From assembly GCA_020639155.1 (NCBI GenBank), contig JACKHF010000001.1, positions 1,963,889-2,027,888 of the forward strand: a stretch of 64,000 nt of DNA, given 5' to 3'. The stretch comes from Phycisphaeraceae bacterium (GTDB taxonomy: Bacteria > Planctomycetota > Phycisphaerae > Phycisphaerales > UBA1924). Below the pieces are notes generated by a model. It did no database searches. It was not told the origin of the DNA and saw only the letters and a list, made by a program, of their open reading frames with translations. Positions 9,370 through 18,959 of this stretch are shown here, in pieces; position 1 is the stretch's first letter, and each line of letters opens with the position of its first letter. The position numbers and the translations under genes are program-made.

Positions 9370-10455
9370 TTAGTGCCTCAAGGTTATCATGGAGCGGTCA
9401 GTAATATAGCTAGATGCTGGCATTGTGTTTCTTTTCCACGTGTATCCCGCTGGCACAACAACGTACAGATACTCTGTGTTGCGGAGATGGCTGACCGATC
9501 CAACCTTCTCGCCCTGCGGGTTGTGGATCCCGATCTGTGCGCCGACGTAGCGCTTGAAGTCGTTCTCGACGGTGTACACATCGCCCCTGACTGAGAGCAG
9601 TGCTTCCATCTCCTCGCGCGGGATGTACCCCTCGTTGTTGAACGACACGACGAGGAATCTGCACTGCACAGTGTCGATGAATCTTCGCATCGCGTCGAGC
9701 GCGAGCTTCTTCATGTTGAAGTCGGACTTGCGCTCGCGGCAGTCCATGCGCTTGCACGCGATGCCATAGACCTCCGGCTTGTCCCATCGCACGAGCGATT
9801 CCCAGATGTGGTAGTTGCCGAGGTACGAGTGCTGGTTGTACGGCGGATCGATGTACGCGAGATCGGCGGTGAGTGTTTTCGCAGCGGTCTGTGCTTCGAG
9901 CTGATGCGCCTTGCACTTGCCGCAGTCCGGTCGCGGGAGCAGTTCCGGGATACGGAGATGCAGATCGTTGTCGGACCGTGAAGCCCACGATTTCAGGTAC
10001 GCCATCTGCACGCCGGTGGTGGAGTCCACGCGGTCGGCCGCTTCCATGAGGGACACAAGCACGACGGCTTTGAGCTCAGGATCAAGACCCTTGCGCTCGA
10101 TTGCTTCGCGGATCGCGTCGATGCGCTCGCCGTTCTTCGGCTGGAAGAACCTGCTCCTCTCGCAGAAGGTCTCGGTGAAGTATCCGGGACTTCCTGAGAG
10201 TAAGTCGAACTCCGCGATGAGCTTCGTTGCATCGCGGATCACATCCTCGCGATCTGTCTGCACGTAGCACGTTGCGAGCGTGTACGCGTACGTCATCAGG
10301 TCGTTGGATATGACGCGGTACCCGGCAGCTTTGAGCGCATGTCCGACGCGCGAGGTGCCAGAGAAAAAATCGACGACGCTGGTCACTTCGGGTAGCGACT
10401 GCACGATCCCCAGGATCTTCGGGATGAGTGTGCGCTTGGAACCGATGTACTTGAC
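9370..10455 (-). CDS. D12-class (Dam-like) N6-adenine DNA methyltransferase
   Basis: N-terminus MVKYIGSKRTLIPKI (the Y-x-GSK-R start of MethyltransfD12), motif I VDFFSGTS, NDL, motif IV DPPY, and VVSFNNEGY (SxN). The ORF track extends upstream to 10704. Start chosen at the MVKYIGSK Met. Confidence 0.8.
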   Translation of the reverse strand, partial: VKYIGSKRTLIPKILGIVQSLPEVTSVVDFFSGTSRVGHALKAAGYRVISNDLMTYAYTLATCYVQTDREDVIRDATKLIAEFDLLSGSPGYFTETFCERSRFFQPKNGERIDAIREAIERKGLDPELKAVVLVSLMEAADRVDSTTGVQMAYLKSWASRSDNDLHLRIPELLPRPDCGKCKAHQLEAQTAAKTLTADLAYIDPPYNQHSYLGNYHIWESLVRWDKPEVYGIACKRMDCRERKSDFNMKKLALDAMRRFIDTVQCRFLVVSFNNEGYIPREEMEALLSVRGDVYTVENDFKRYVGAQIGIHNPQGEKVGSVSHLRNTEYLYVVVPAGYTWKRNTMPASSYITDRSMITLRH

Positions 10456-10514
10456 CATCGGCGCGAGTATATGCGTCTGCTTGTGTCTTCTGTTGGTGTC
10501 GGTTGGATGATATC

Positions 10515-11759
10515 TTACATTGCGAGCGCTTTGGCGAACAGTTTGGGTGTGCGCTCGTGCTTCGGCTCTGGCAGTTTTACTTCGACGATCGGTGTCGTCA
10601 GGGCGCGTGCGGGTCTTGGCTGGAACAGGTAGTGGGATGTCAGCCAGTCGTTGTAGTTGTTCATGCAGGCACGCTCGGCGACCGCCATGCAGTACACACG
10701 CCACCGGTTAAACCACGTCGCAGCGTGATCAGTGCCGTAGATCCGGCGGAAGATATACATGATGGACGGCTCGTTGGCATCGAGGTTTGCCAACCACGCG
10801 TTGGCGGTTTGTGCGAGATGATTGCCGGTGATCTGCCAGTCGTCGCGCAGCTCGGCGCATCGCTGAAAGTGAACGAGCGTGTCTGCGGACGGTGTGAACC
10901 CACCGACGGTGAAGTTGCGCGAGAGCCACGTCTGTCCGGGTGTTTCAAGGGATGACACAGCACGATGCGTCTGCGCCTGGATGAACAACAGCCCGTTCGT
11001 TGTGAGCAGCTTTGACATGCGCTCGAGTGGAAGTTCGAGGTTCTGAAGGTGCTCGATGCCCGACAGCAGCAGCACGCGATCGAACCTTCCCTCGATGGCG
11101 AATGAACCCGTCTGGCCGACAATCGGTGCAGTGTTGTAGATGTCGAGTTCGTCGCATCGCTCGGTGATGTGCTGGTGCTTGCGGGCGCCGTCGGTGATCG
11201 CGGTGATCGTTGTGTCGGGGTATTGCTTGGCGAGCCAGACGGGGAACGATCCCCATCCCGCGCCGAGCACAAGGATGTGCATGCCATCGCTGATCTGTGC
11301 GCGAGACGCGATAAGCGTGTGCATCGAATGTGCGGCTGCTTCGAGCGAGCTTGCACCGGCACTCCACAGTCCTGTGGTATCAAGCATGGACGAACCCAGC
11401 ATCATCTCATAGAACGATGCGGGGAGTTTGGCGTTGTGCGCGTGCTCTGTGGGGGTGCCGATGGCGATGTCGTGTGTGCGCAGGTGATCGATCATGTGTC
11501 TGTTGTGGGCGTGGATGTCTGTAGGGTTCTTCGGCAGGGTGGTGTTGTAGTGTGCTTGTAGCTTGGAACGGATGCCTGCGCGCACCGTAGCATCGGGCAG
11601 CAGCCCCGAATCGAGAGTTGTGTCGTACCAGCGGGTGGGTGTGGTCTTTGCGTGTGAGCTGTACAGATAGGCGTGGGGATGTGAGGCAGCGTTCGGGCGG
11701 ACATCCAGCGATGCGTGCAGACGTGAGTTCAGCCGACGGCCGAGACGAGCAATGTTCAT
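10515..11759 (-). CDS. Class I SAM-dependent methyltransferase, cyclopropane-fatty-acyl-phospholipid synthase family
   Basis: ILVLGAGWGSFPVWLAKQYP SAM-binding glycine-rich motif and a CFA-synthase-like C-terminus (WRVYCMAVAE). About 120-aa N-terminal extension of uncertain reality. Confidence 0.65.
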   Translation of the reverse strand: MNIARLGRRLNSRLHASLDVRPNAASHPHAYLYSSHAKTTPTRWYDTTLDSGLLPDATVRAGIRSKLQAHYNTTLPKNPTDIHAHNRHMIDHLRTHDIAIGTPTEHAHNAKLPASFYEMMLGSSMLDTTGLWSAGASSLEAAAHSMHTLIASRAQISDGMHILVLGAGWGSFPVWLAKQYPDTTITAITDGARKHQHITERCDELDIYNTAPIVGQTGSFAIEGRFDRVLLLSGIEHLQNLELPLERMSKLLTTNGLLFIQAQTHRAVSSLETPGQTWLSRNFTVGGFTPSADTLVHFQRCAELRDDWQITGNHLAQTANAWLANLDANEPSIMYIFRRIYGTDHAATWFNRWRVYCMAVAERACMNNYNDWLTSHYLFQPRPARALTTPIVEVKLPEPKHERTPKLFAKALAM

Positions 11760-11940
11760 GTGATAGCCTTCCGTGACGTGACCGGCAAACCTCCCTCAAT
11801 TTCGCGGGTCTCCCAGTCTCACGTCGGCACACGGATGGCTGGGGCTTCAACGGGGATGCAGCTGTGTCGATCGTCAGGAGCATGCCCAGTTGAGACGGCA
11901 AATCACGTAGGAAATCCGGGCGGCTCGCATACCCTCTGCC

Positions 11941-13326
11941 ATGCCAACAATGAACACCATTCTGGACGCTATTGGTCGTACCCCACTGGTCAAGCTTCAC
12001 AAGATACCGGGGCCGAACTGTGCTGATGTATATGCCAAGTGCGAGTTCATGAACCCCGCTGGTTCTATCAAGGATCGGATGGCGTGCTACATCATCGATC
12101 GCGCTGAAGAGGAAGGGCTCCTCAAACCGGGTGGGACGATCGTCGAGAACACATCCGGCAACACCGGCATGGGGTTGGCAATGACCGCTGCGGTGCGCGG
12201 GTATCGCACCATCCTGACAATGCCCGACAAGATGAGCCAGGAAAAGATCGACATGCTCAAGGGGTTTGGTGCAGAGGTCATCGTGACCGCGACCGATGTG
12301 CCCGGTGATTCAGACGAACACTATGTGAATGTTGCGAAGAACATCGCAAAGCAGACGCCGAACTCGTTCTATGTGAACCAGTACCACACGCAATGGAACA
12401 TCGATGCGCACGAGCATCTGACCGGGAAAGAGTTGTGGGAAGAAACCAACGGCGAGATCGACGCGATCGTTGCTGGCGTCGGCACTGGTGGAACGATCTC
12501 CGGCATCGGTCGTTACTTCAAGAAGCACGACAAGGCAGGACGCACGAAGATCATCGGTGTCGATCCATTGGGAAGTCTGCACTACCACTACTTCCACACG
12601 GGCGAGATGGGTGATCCGTATGTATACAAGCTCGAGGGCATCGGCGAGGACATTATCTGTCAGGCCTTTGATACGTCCGTTGTTGATGAGATGTATCAGG
12701 TGGGCGATCGCGAAGGATTCCAGATGGCGCGCAGACTGACGCGCGAAGAGGGATTGTTCTGTGGTGGTTCCAGCGGCGCGATCATGCACATCGCCATGCA
12801 GGTGGCAGAGCGGTTCGGCAAGGGGAAGAAGGTTGTTTCCATCTGCCCCGACAACGGCTCGCGATATATTACAAAGCATCTGTCCGATGCGTGGATGAAG
12901 GACCATGGCATGCTGGAGCCGGACCGCGGGCTCGGGCTTGTCGAGGATCTGCTCGAATCACGGTCGTGGCAGGGTGATGTTGTCACCATGCACGACACAG
13001 ACAGTGTTGGCAAGGCGTGCGAGATGATGCGCAACCACGGCATCTCGCAGATCCCGATCACGGACGCACATCGCAAGCCAATAGGTATTGTGCATGAGAT
13101 AGATATTCTTCGCGGGTTGCAGTCGGGCACGATCGGGAATGATTCGGCTGTGAAGGGTGTGATGCATCAGCTTGGCGGCATGGTGTATCCGAAGGCGGTA
13201 ATCGAGGAACTCTCGCCGATCTTCGAGAAGGACCAGATCGCGGTTGTTGTTGACAGCGGCAAGGTCGTCGGTGTGGTGAGTCAGATCGACCTGATCGAGT
13301 ATCTCGCCAAACGCAGTCGCTCATGA
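11941..13326 (+). CDS. Cystathionine beta-synthase (PLP-dependent, with a C-terminal tandem CBS-domain pair)
   Basis: PLP-lysine motif (GSIKDRMA), glycine loop GNTG, 461 aa, C-terminal CBS-like repeats (VVTMHDTDSVGKA..., HEIDILRG). Confidence 0.85.
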   Translation: MPTMNTILDAIGRTPLVKLHKIPGPNCADVYAKCEFMNPAGSIKDRMACYIIDRAEEEGLLKPGGTIVENTSGNTGMGLAMTAAVRGYRTILTMPDKMSQEKIDMLKGFGAEVIVTATDVPGDSDEHYVNVAKNIAKQTPNSFYVNQYHTQWNIDAHEHLTGKELWEETNGEIDAIVAGVGTGGTISGIGRYFKKHDKAGRTKIIGVDPLGSLHYHYFHTGEMGDPYVYKLEGIGEDIICQAFDTSVVDEMYQVGDREGFQMARRLTREEGLFCGGSSGAIMHIAMQVAERFGKGKKVVSICPDNGSRYITKHLSDAWMKDHGMLEPDRGLGLVEDLLESRSWQGDVVTMHDTDSVGKACEMMRNHGISQIPITDAHRKPIGIVHEIDILRGLQSGTIGNDSAVKGVMHQLGGMVYPKAVIEELSPIFEKDQIAVVVDSGKVVGVVSQIDLIEYLAKRSRS

Positions 13327-13820
13327 TGGGTACGCATGCGCACCAACCCGCTGCATTGGTTCGCGTGGCAACGCGCGACGATATCGACGGCTGGCTGGTG
13401 CTGCGTAACGGGCTCTGGCCCGGCGACATTGATGAGCATCGCGCTGAGATCAACTGGCAACTTGATCAGATGGCAAAGGACATCGACGGTCCCGGTGCGA
13501 TCCACGTGGTTCTCGCGTTTCAGAACAACAGTGTGACAACGATGCCTATTGGAATGCTTGAAGGCTCGATCCGCTCTCACGCGGAAGGGTGCGAGCCCGG
13601 ACGCGTTGCATATGTCGAGGGCTGGTTTGTTGCTGCAACGCATCGCAGACTCGGTATAGGGGAACTGCTGGTCGATGCTTTGTGCGAATGGGGAAAAATG
13701 AAGGGCTGTGTAGAGATCGCGAGTGATGCGCTGCTCGATAATGACCTGAGCTATACAGCACACACCTCGCTTGGATTTGAGGAGGTCGATCGATGCATCA
13801 ACTTCCGACGATCGATCTGA
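13323..13820 (+). CDS. GNAT family N-acetyltransferase, aminoglycoside 6'-N-acetyltransferase-like
   Basis: VEGWFVAATHRRLGIGELLV acetyl-CoA binding motif (Q/RxxGxG/A). Its start overlaps the CBS stop (ATGA). Confidence 0.7.
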   Translation: MMGTHAHQPAALVRVATRDDIDGWLVLRNGLWPGDIDEHRAEINWQLDQMAKDIDGPGAIHVVLAFQNNSVTTMPIGMLEGSIRSHAEGCEPGRVAYVEGWFVAATHRRLGIGELLVDALCEWGKMKGCVEIASDALLDNDLSYTAHTSLGFEEVDRCINFRRSI

Positions 13821-13896
13821 CAATCGGCACCGGCTGAGCGGGGCACCTATCCTCTGGCTCAATCGAACATTGAACATCCAACCCAAGGGATTTGAT

Positions 13897-15051
13897 ATGG
13901 CTTCTGATGACCACCGCTTCGCGACACGCTGCATCCACGCCGGCCAGCAGCCGGACCCGACCACGGGTGCGGTGATGACACCCATCTACCAGACATCGAC
14001 GTACGTGCAGGCATCGCCCGGCGTGATCAAGGACGATTATGACTACTCCCGTTCGGCAAATCCGACGCGGAAAGCGCTCGAGCGCAACCTGGCAAGCCTC
14101 GAGGGCGCACGCCACGGCTTGTGCTTCGCGTCGGGGTGTGCAGCGATGGACGCGGTGCTGCATCTGCTTGTGCCGGGCGATCACATTATCATGAGCGACG
14201 ACGTGTACGGCGGCACGAACCGTTTGTTCAATCGCCAGTTCAGCAAGCACGGGATCGAGGTGTCCCTTGTCGACTTTACCGATCTCGACGCGGTCGATGA
14301 TGCGGTGCGCAAGGAGACGAAACTGATCTGGCTGGAAACGCCGTCCAATCCGATGCTGAAAGTGATCGATATCGCAGCGGTCTCGGCGATCGGTGACAAG
14401 GTCCGCGCGATCACGTGCGTGGATAACACGTTCGCATCGCCGATGCTCCAGACGCCGTTGTCACTCGGCGCGACGCTGGTGTGCCATTCATGCACGAAAT
14501 ACATCGGCGGGCACTCCGATGTCGTTGGCGGTGCGCTGATCACAAACGATGACGAGTTGTTTGTCAGGCTGAAGTTCGTGCAGAACTCGGTCGGTGCTGT
14601 GCCCGGGCCTATGGACTGTTTCCTGTTGTTGCGCTCGACCAAGACCCTGCACGTGCGCATGCAGCGCCATTGCGAGAACGCGATGCGAATTGCAAAGCAT
14701 CTGGAGCAGCACCCTGCGATCGATCGTGTGATCTACCCGGGGCTCCCATCACATCCGCAGCACGAGATCGCCAAGAAGCAGATGTGCGGCTTCGGCGGCA
14801 TGATCACCGTCTATCTGAACGGTGACATAGCAAAGGCTCGCACCATGCTCGAACGCGTGAAGCTGTTCGCACTTGCAGAGAGCCTTGGTGGCGCAGAATC
14901 ACTGATCGAGCACCCCGCGATCATGACGCACGCCTCGGTGCCCGAAGAGCAGCGGGCAACACTCGGCATCACGGACAGTCTTGTGCGCCTCAGTGTTGGT
15001 ATCGAGGATGTTGAGGATCTGATCGAGGATCTCGACCGCTCGCTCGCCTGA
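13897..15051 (+). CDS. Cystathionine gamma-lyase / gamma-synthase family PLP enzyme (transsulfuration)
   Basis: RFATRCIHAGQ...PIYQTSTY N-terminus, and SCTKYIGGHSDVVGG surrounding the PLP lysine. Start at MASDDHRF. Confidence 0.85.
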   Translation: MASDDHRFATRCIHAGQQPDPTTGAVMTPIYQTSTYVQASPGVIKDDYDYSRSANPTRKALERNLASLEGARHGLCFASGCAAMDAVLHLLVPGDHIIMSDDVYGGTNRLFNRQFSKHGIEVSLVDFTDLDAVDDAVRKETKLIWLETPSNPMLKVIDIAAVSAIGDKVRAITCVDNTFASPMLQTPLSLGATLVCHSCTKYIGGHSDVVGGALITNDDELFVRLKFVQNSVGAVPGPMDCFLLLRSTKTLHVRMQRHCENAMRIAKHLEQHPAIDRVIYPGLPSHPQHEIAKKQMCGFGGMITVYLNGDIAKARTMLERVKLFALAESLGGAESLIEHPAIMTHASVPEEQRATLGITDSLVRLSVGIEDVEDLIEDLDRSLA

Positions 15052-15810
15052 TCAGGTTGCGGCGTGTCCGGGGCATCGCACGCCGAACTTTTTGCACACT
15101 GGATGCTCGCACGTCTTTGTGCGCGCGGTGCACGCGCGTCTGCCATGGAACACCAGAAGATGCGAAAGCTCACCCCACGCATCGCGGGGGAAGAGTGCCA
15201 TGAGCTTGCGCTCGATTTTCGGGATAGGTGTGCCCGGTTCGACAAGTCCGAGACGTTCACTCAAGCGCGCAACGTGTGTATCAACGACAACGCCCATGTT
15301 GATGCCGAACCCGTTGGAGAGCACGACGTTCGCGGTCTTTCTTGCCACGCCACGTAGGCGGAGCAGGTCTTCCATCGTGCCCGGAACCTTGCCGTCGTAC
15401 TCGTTGACCAGCATGGTCATGGACTCGTGGACCGCCTTTGCCTTGTTGCGAAAGAGACCGAGTGTTTTGATGTACGGCTCAATCTTTTTCGGTGTTGATG
15501 CGGCGTAGTCCTTTGGTGTCGGGAAAGCAGCGAACAGCGCGGGGGTTGCTTTGTTCACATTCGCGTCGGTGCATTGAGCTGAGAGCATTGTTGCGATGAG
15601 CAACTCGTAGATATTTGAGAAGTTCAGCTCGCAATGCGCGTCGGGATAGTGCTTGCGGAGCATGCGAAGGACAGCGAGCGCACGCTTTTTCTCTTCAGCA
15701 CTCACCTCGGGCATCGGTGGCAGGTCAGAAGCTAGCTTCTTTGGCGCTGCCTTTACTGGCATCTTCTTCGCAGACTTCTTTCTGATTGTTTTCTTCTGTG
15801 TTGCAGTCAT
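15052..15810 (-). CDS. nth: Endonuclease III (HhH-GPD DNA glycosylase with a [4Fe-4S] cluster)
   Basis: HhH-GPD motif (LRLRGVARKTANVVL, GVVVDTHV) and C-x6-C-x2-C-x5-C at the C-terminus. The ORF track extends to 16158; the start is placed at MTATQKK. Confidence 0.85.
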   Translation of the reverse strand: MTATQKKTIRKKSAKKMPVKAAPKKLASDLPPMPEVSAEEKKRALAVLRMLRKHYPDAHCELNFSNIYELLIATMLSAQCTDANVNKATPALFAAFPTPKDYAASTPKKIEPYIKTLGLFRNKAKAVHESMTMLVNEYDGKVPGTMEDLLRLRGVARKTANVVLSNGFGINMGVVVDTHVARLSERLGLVEPGTPIPKIERKLMALFPRDAWGELSHLLVFHGRRACTARTKTCEHPVCKKFGVRCPGHAAT

Positions 15811-16421
15811 GTGCTGTGCTGGTTTGATGGTTGTGTGGTGCGTCGCGTGACATCGTTTAGTGCGGCAAGTAATGTGATGAGAAGCGCAACAAGCAGGCTG
15901 CCCAGAATCTTTGTTGAGACCGGGTGCATGCTCGCAAACTTCTCCTGGAAAGGTGTTGCCAGTTCCATCTCGCCAGCCTTGGCGTGCGCGAGGAACTGCA
16001 CCCAGTTGCTTGACATACTGGGGGAGATGAAAAAGAGATGCACGCCGAAGAGCATCATCACGATCGTCAAAGGGATGGACCTTATCATGCCGCTCGTGAC
16101 GCGATGGTTCCAGGGCTCGACTGCCCGTGTGACAATCAGGACGATCATGCCCGCACATGCAAGAGCTGCGCAGATCAACTGCACAATGTCGGCTGAGAAA
16201 AAGATCTTCTGGGCTGGAATGCCCGCGGTAATGCGCCAGTGTTCGCCCGTGTACTTGGCAAAGGTGTAGAGCTCTGGGTCGAGTGCTTTGACCGTCGGGA
16301 AGATGATGGCAGCAGCGGTCGCTGCGAGCAGGAGCGCGCCGATCCAGATGCCAAGCCCCATGATGTGGATGGTCTCAGCAAGACGCTGAAGACGTGAGAG
16401 TTGAGTTGCGCCGGGTGCCAT
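15807..16421 (-). CDS. Hypothetical integral membrane protein
   Basis: Four to five hydrophobic helices. Its stop overlaps the nth start (ATGA). No catalytic motif seen. Confidence 0.45.
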   Translation of the reverse strand: MAPGATQLSRLQRLAETIHIMGLGIWIGALLLAATAAAIIFPTVKALDPELYTFAKYTGEHWRITAGIPAQKIFFSADIVQLICAALACAGMIVLIVTRAVEPWNHRVTSGMIRSIPLTIVMMLFGVHLFFISPSMSSNWVQFLAHAKAGEMELATPFQEKFASMHPVSTKILGSLLVALLITLLAALNDVTRRTTQPSNQHST

Positions 16422-16577
16422 CACGCATGGTAGTTCGACGAGTGTGCGGGGTTGTGAGCACGGTTTGCAGACTTGCAAGTGGTCCGAATCCGAGGAAAAC
16501 TCCGGCAAAGTGCGTCCGTGTCTGGCTGGCAGGGTGTGGAAACATTGGCTTTTTCGATAGGCCCGTTACGATCCTGC

Positions 16578-18125
16578 ATGCCTGTCCCACGTATCGCGAT
16601 TGTTGGAAGACCCAATGCTGGCAAGAGCAGCCTGCTGAACATGCTTGCTGGCCAGAAGGTGTCGATTGTCGACCCCGTGCCGGGCATCACGCGCGATCGC
16701 GTCTCCGTGCTGGTTGAACTCGAAGCGCCGTACAACGATGGCCCGAGGAAGACGGTTGAACTGCTCGATACGGGCGGGTTCGGTGTGTACACAGCCGAGG
16801 GCAGGCAGATCGATGATGCTGGGCACGATCTTGCCGGGTTGACAGGTGAAATCGAGTCGCAGATCGCAGAAGCCGTGTCATCCGCTGATCTGATTCTGTT
16901 CTGCATCGATTGTCAGGCGGGGATCACGCCCGCCGATCTTGAGATTGCAAAGCTCTTGCGCGAGCAGCGTCTCGGGTCGCGCCGGCGCGACGAGGACGAG
17001 CAGGCACGTGTCAAGCGGGACAAGGCAGGGCTTGTCCCGGTGCGCATCATCGCGACCAAGTGTGACGGTCAGCAGTGGGAGCCGCACGCCTACGAGCTTG
17101 CCGCGCTCGGATTCGACGAGCCGATCGCGTGCAGCGCAAAGAACAACTACTTCCGGCGTGAACTCATCGACACGCTCTGGGAACTGATGCCCGAGACATC
17201 GCTTGAGGACATGGAGCCCGAGGCTGATCTCAAGATCGCGCTCATCGGCAAGCGAAACGCGGGCAAGAGCACATTGATCAACACGCTCGCGGGTGAGCCG
17301 CGGGTGATCGTGTCCGAGATTCCCGGCACAACGCGCGACGCGGTCGATGTACGTTTCCAGTTCGGCGACAAGTCCGTCCTCGCGATTGATACCGCTGGAC
17401 TCCGCAGGAAGAAGTCGATGGACGAGCGCGTCGAATGGTTCGCGTTCGACCGCGCCCAGCGCGCGATCGAGCGAGCCGACGTGATCCTCATGCTGATCGA
17501 TGGCACCGAGAGAATTTCGCAGGTGGACGAGCAGCTTGCGATGCTCGTGCAGAAGGCGATGAAGCCGTGCGTTGTTGTCGTCAACAAGTGGGACATGATC
17601 GAGGGGCAGCGCAACGCCAAGGGCAAGAAGGTTTCGCCGGAAGACTTCGAGGAGTATCTCCGCAAGGAACTCAAGGGGTTGAGCTACGCGCCGATCGCGA
17701 TGATGAGCGGGAAGTCCGGGCTGAACGTGCGCGAGGTGATCGATCTCGCGTTCGATCTGCAGGAGCAGGCAAACACGCGCGTGGGCACGGGCGAGCTCAA
17801 CAGGATTATCACGGAGATCGTCGATGCGCACGGGCCCGCGAGCAAACTGGGCACGTTCGCGAAGGTGTACTACGTGACGCAGGCAGAGGTGAACCCGCCG
17901 ACGATTGTGATGGTTGTCAACAGGCCGAAGCTGTTCACGCCGAACTACGAGCGATACATGCTCAACCGTCTGCGCGAGGCATTGCCGTACGCAGAGGTGC
18001 CGATCAGGATTGTCGTGCGAGGTCGTTCGCAGCGCAAGGGTGACGAGGATGTCGCGGTCGAGGCTCTGCCCGCAGCGGACGAACTGAACCTGCTGCCAGC
18101 AGAAGACTATTTCGACGACGATTGA
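16578..18125 (+). CDS. der: Ribosome-biogenesis GTPase Der (EngA), tandem GTPase domains plus KH-like C-terminus
   Basis: Two Walker A loops (GRPNAGKSSLLN and GKRNAGKSTLIN), two DTAG/DTGG motifs, NKWD and TKCD. Start at MPVPRIAIVG. Confidence 0.9.
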   Translation: MPVPRIAIVGRPNAGKSSLLNMLAGQKVSIVDPVPGITRDRVSVLVELEAPYNDGPRKTVELLDTGGFGVYTAEGRQIDDAGHDLAGLTGEIESQIAEAVSSADLILFCIDCQAGITPADLEIAKLLREQRLGSRRRDEDEQARVKRDKAGLVPVRIIATKCDGQQWEPHAYELAALGFDEPIACSAKNNYFRRELIDTLWELMPETSLEDMEPEADLKIALIGKRNAGKSTLINTLAGEPRVIVSEIPGTTRDAVDVRFQFGDKSVLAIDTAGLRRKKSMDERVEWFAFDRAQRAIERADVILMLIDGTERISQVDEQLAMLVQKAMKPCVVVVNKWDMIEGQRNAKGKKVSPEDFEEYLRKELKGLSYAPIAMMSGKSGLNVREVIDLAFDLQEQANTRVGTGELNRIITEIVDAHGPASKLGTFAKVYYVTQAEVNPPTIVMVVNRPKLFTPNYERYMLNRLREALPYAEVPIRIVVRGRSQRKGDEDVAVEALPAADELNLLPAEDYFDDD

Positions 18126-18128
18126 GTC

Positions 18129-18959
18129 TTATGCGTCAAAGTCGATGCGTTTGAGCGTGCGCGTGGGCACCCAGCCCGTTGTGCCATCGTCGATGTGGAT
18201 CTTTGTCCAGTTGTTGCGTGTCTCGATAGCTGAGACCTCAACCCCCGGCGTGAGTTCTGTGCTGAATGCCGGCGCGTACACGCCGTCAGCCGGTCCCTGC
18301 AATGCCTGTGTCGCTGCGACGACAACCGCGTCGTGCTGGTTCGATACGACGTAGCTTTCTGCGGCAAGCAGTCCGGTGCAGATGATCGCAATCGTTGCAA
18401 GTGCGCCGATTGTGCTGTTGCCGATCTTTGACTTCCATCCGAGCCTAGCAGCATTTGCGATCCACAGCCAGAGCCAGCATCCGATCGCGAGACTGCGCAC
18501 GATCCATCGCGGCACAACATTCCGCCATGATCCGATGGACGACACGATCGCGCTCGATGCTGACGTTGGCAGCGTGACATTCACCTGCGATCGCGCGTGC
18601 TCGAGCGCGTCTCTAACGCGCTGCGAATCGGGGGAGAGTCGTTCTGCTCTGCGATAGCTAACCATCGCATCGCCGGTATCTCCGATGAGCATCTGCGCGT
18701 TTCCGAGATTGACGTACAGGTCCGCGTTGTGAATGCCTGAGTCTGCGATGTGGGCGTACATGGCAGCCGCCGCCTCGAACTGTGCCCGCGCGCTCGATAT
18801 GTTTGTGTCCTGAAGTGCGAGCCCACGATCGAACGCTTCGTTCGCGTGCGCGAGCAGCGTCTCATTGTCGGGCAGGTCAGTTTGTGCTATCGCGGTTGAT
18901 ACACCAATCAAAGTGATGAGGACGCACACAATAATCAGATGGAGCTTTGCGATTGTCAT
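18129..18959 (-). CDS. BatE-like TPR protein with transmembrane segment and C-terminal bacterial SH3-like domain
   Basis: Signal peptide, TPR-like helices, a hydrophobic stretch, and C-terminal NNWTKIHIDDGTTGWVPTRTL (SH3b-like). It is the last gene of the MoxR/vWA operon. Confidence 0.6.
   Translation of the reverse strand: MTIAKLHLIIVCVLITLIGVSTAIAQTDLPDNETLLAHANEAFDRGLALQDTNISSARAQFEAAAAMYAHIADSGIHNADLYVNLGNAQMLIGDTGDAMVSYRRAERLSPDSQRVRDALEHARSQVNVTLPTSASSAIVSSIGSWRNVVPRWIVRSLAIGCWLWLWIANAARLGWKSKIGNSTIGALATIAIICTGLLAAESYVVSNQHDAVVVAATQALQGPADGVYAPAFSTELTPGVEVSAIETRNNWTKIHIDDGTTGWVPTRTLKRIDFDA

Noticed and set aside
9370-10704. The longer 444-aa version of the Dam-class methyltransferase ORF starting at 10704
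   Set aside because: The canonical D12 N-terminus (MVKYIGSKR) begins at the internal Met (10455). The upstream 83 aa are Arg/Thr-rich without motif support and probably untranslated.
15052-16158. The 368-aa extended endonuclease III ORF
   Set aside because: The Nth homology starts at MTATQKK (15810). The upstream extension overlaps the neighbouring membrane-protein gene in another frame.
16878-17831. 317-aa minus-strand ORF running antisense through der (also 17147-17674 and 17435-18043 in other frames)
   Set aside because: It lies entirely inside the well-supported Der GTPase gene and has no recognisable motifs. Long antisense ORFs are expected by chance in high-GC DNA.
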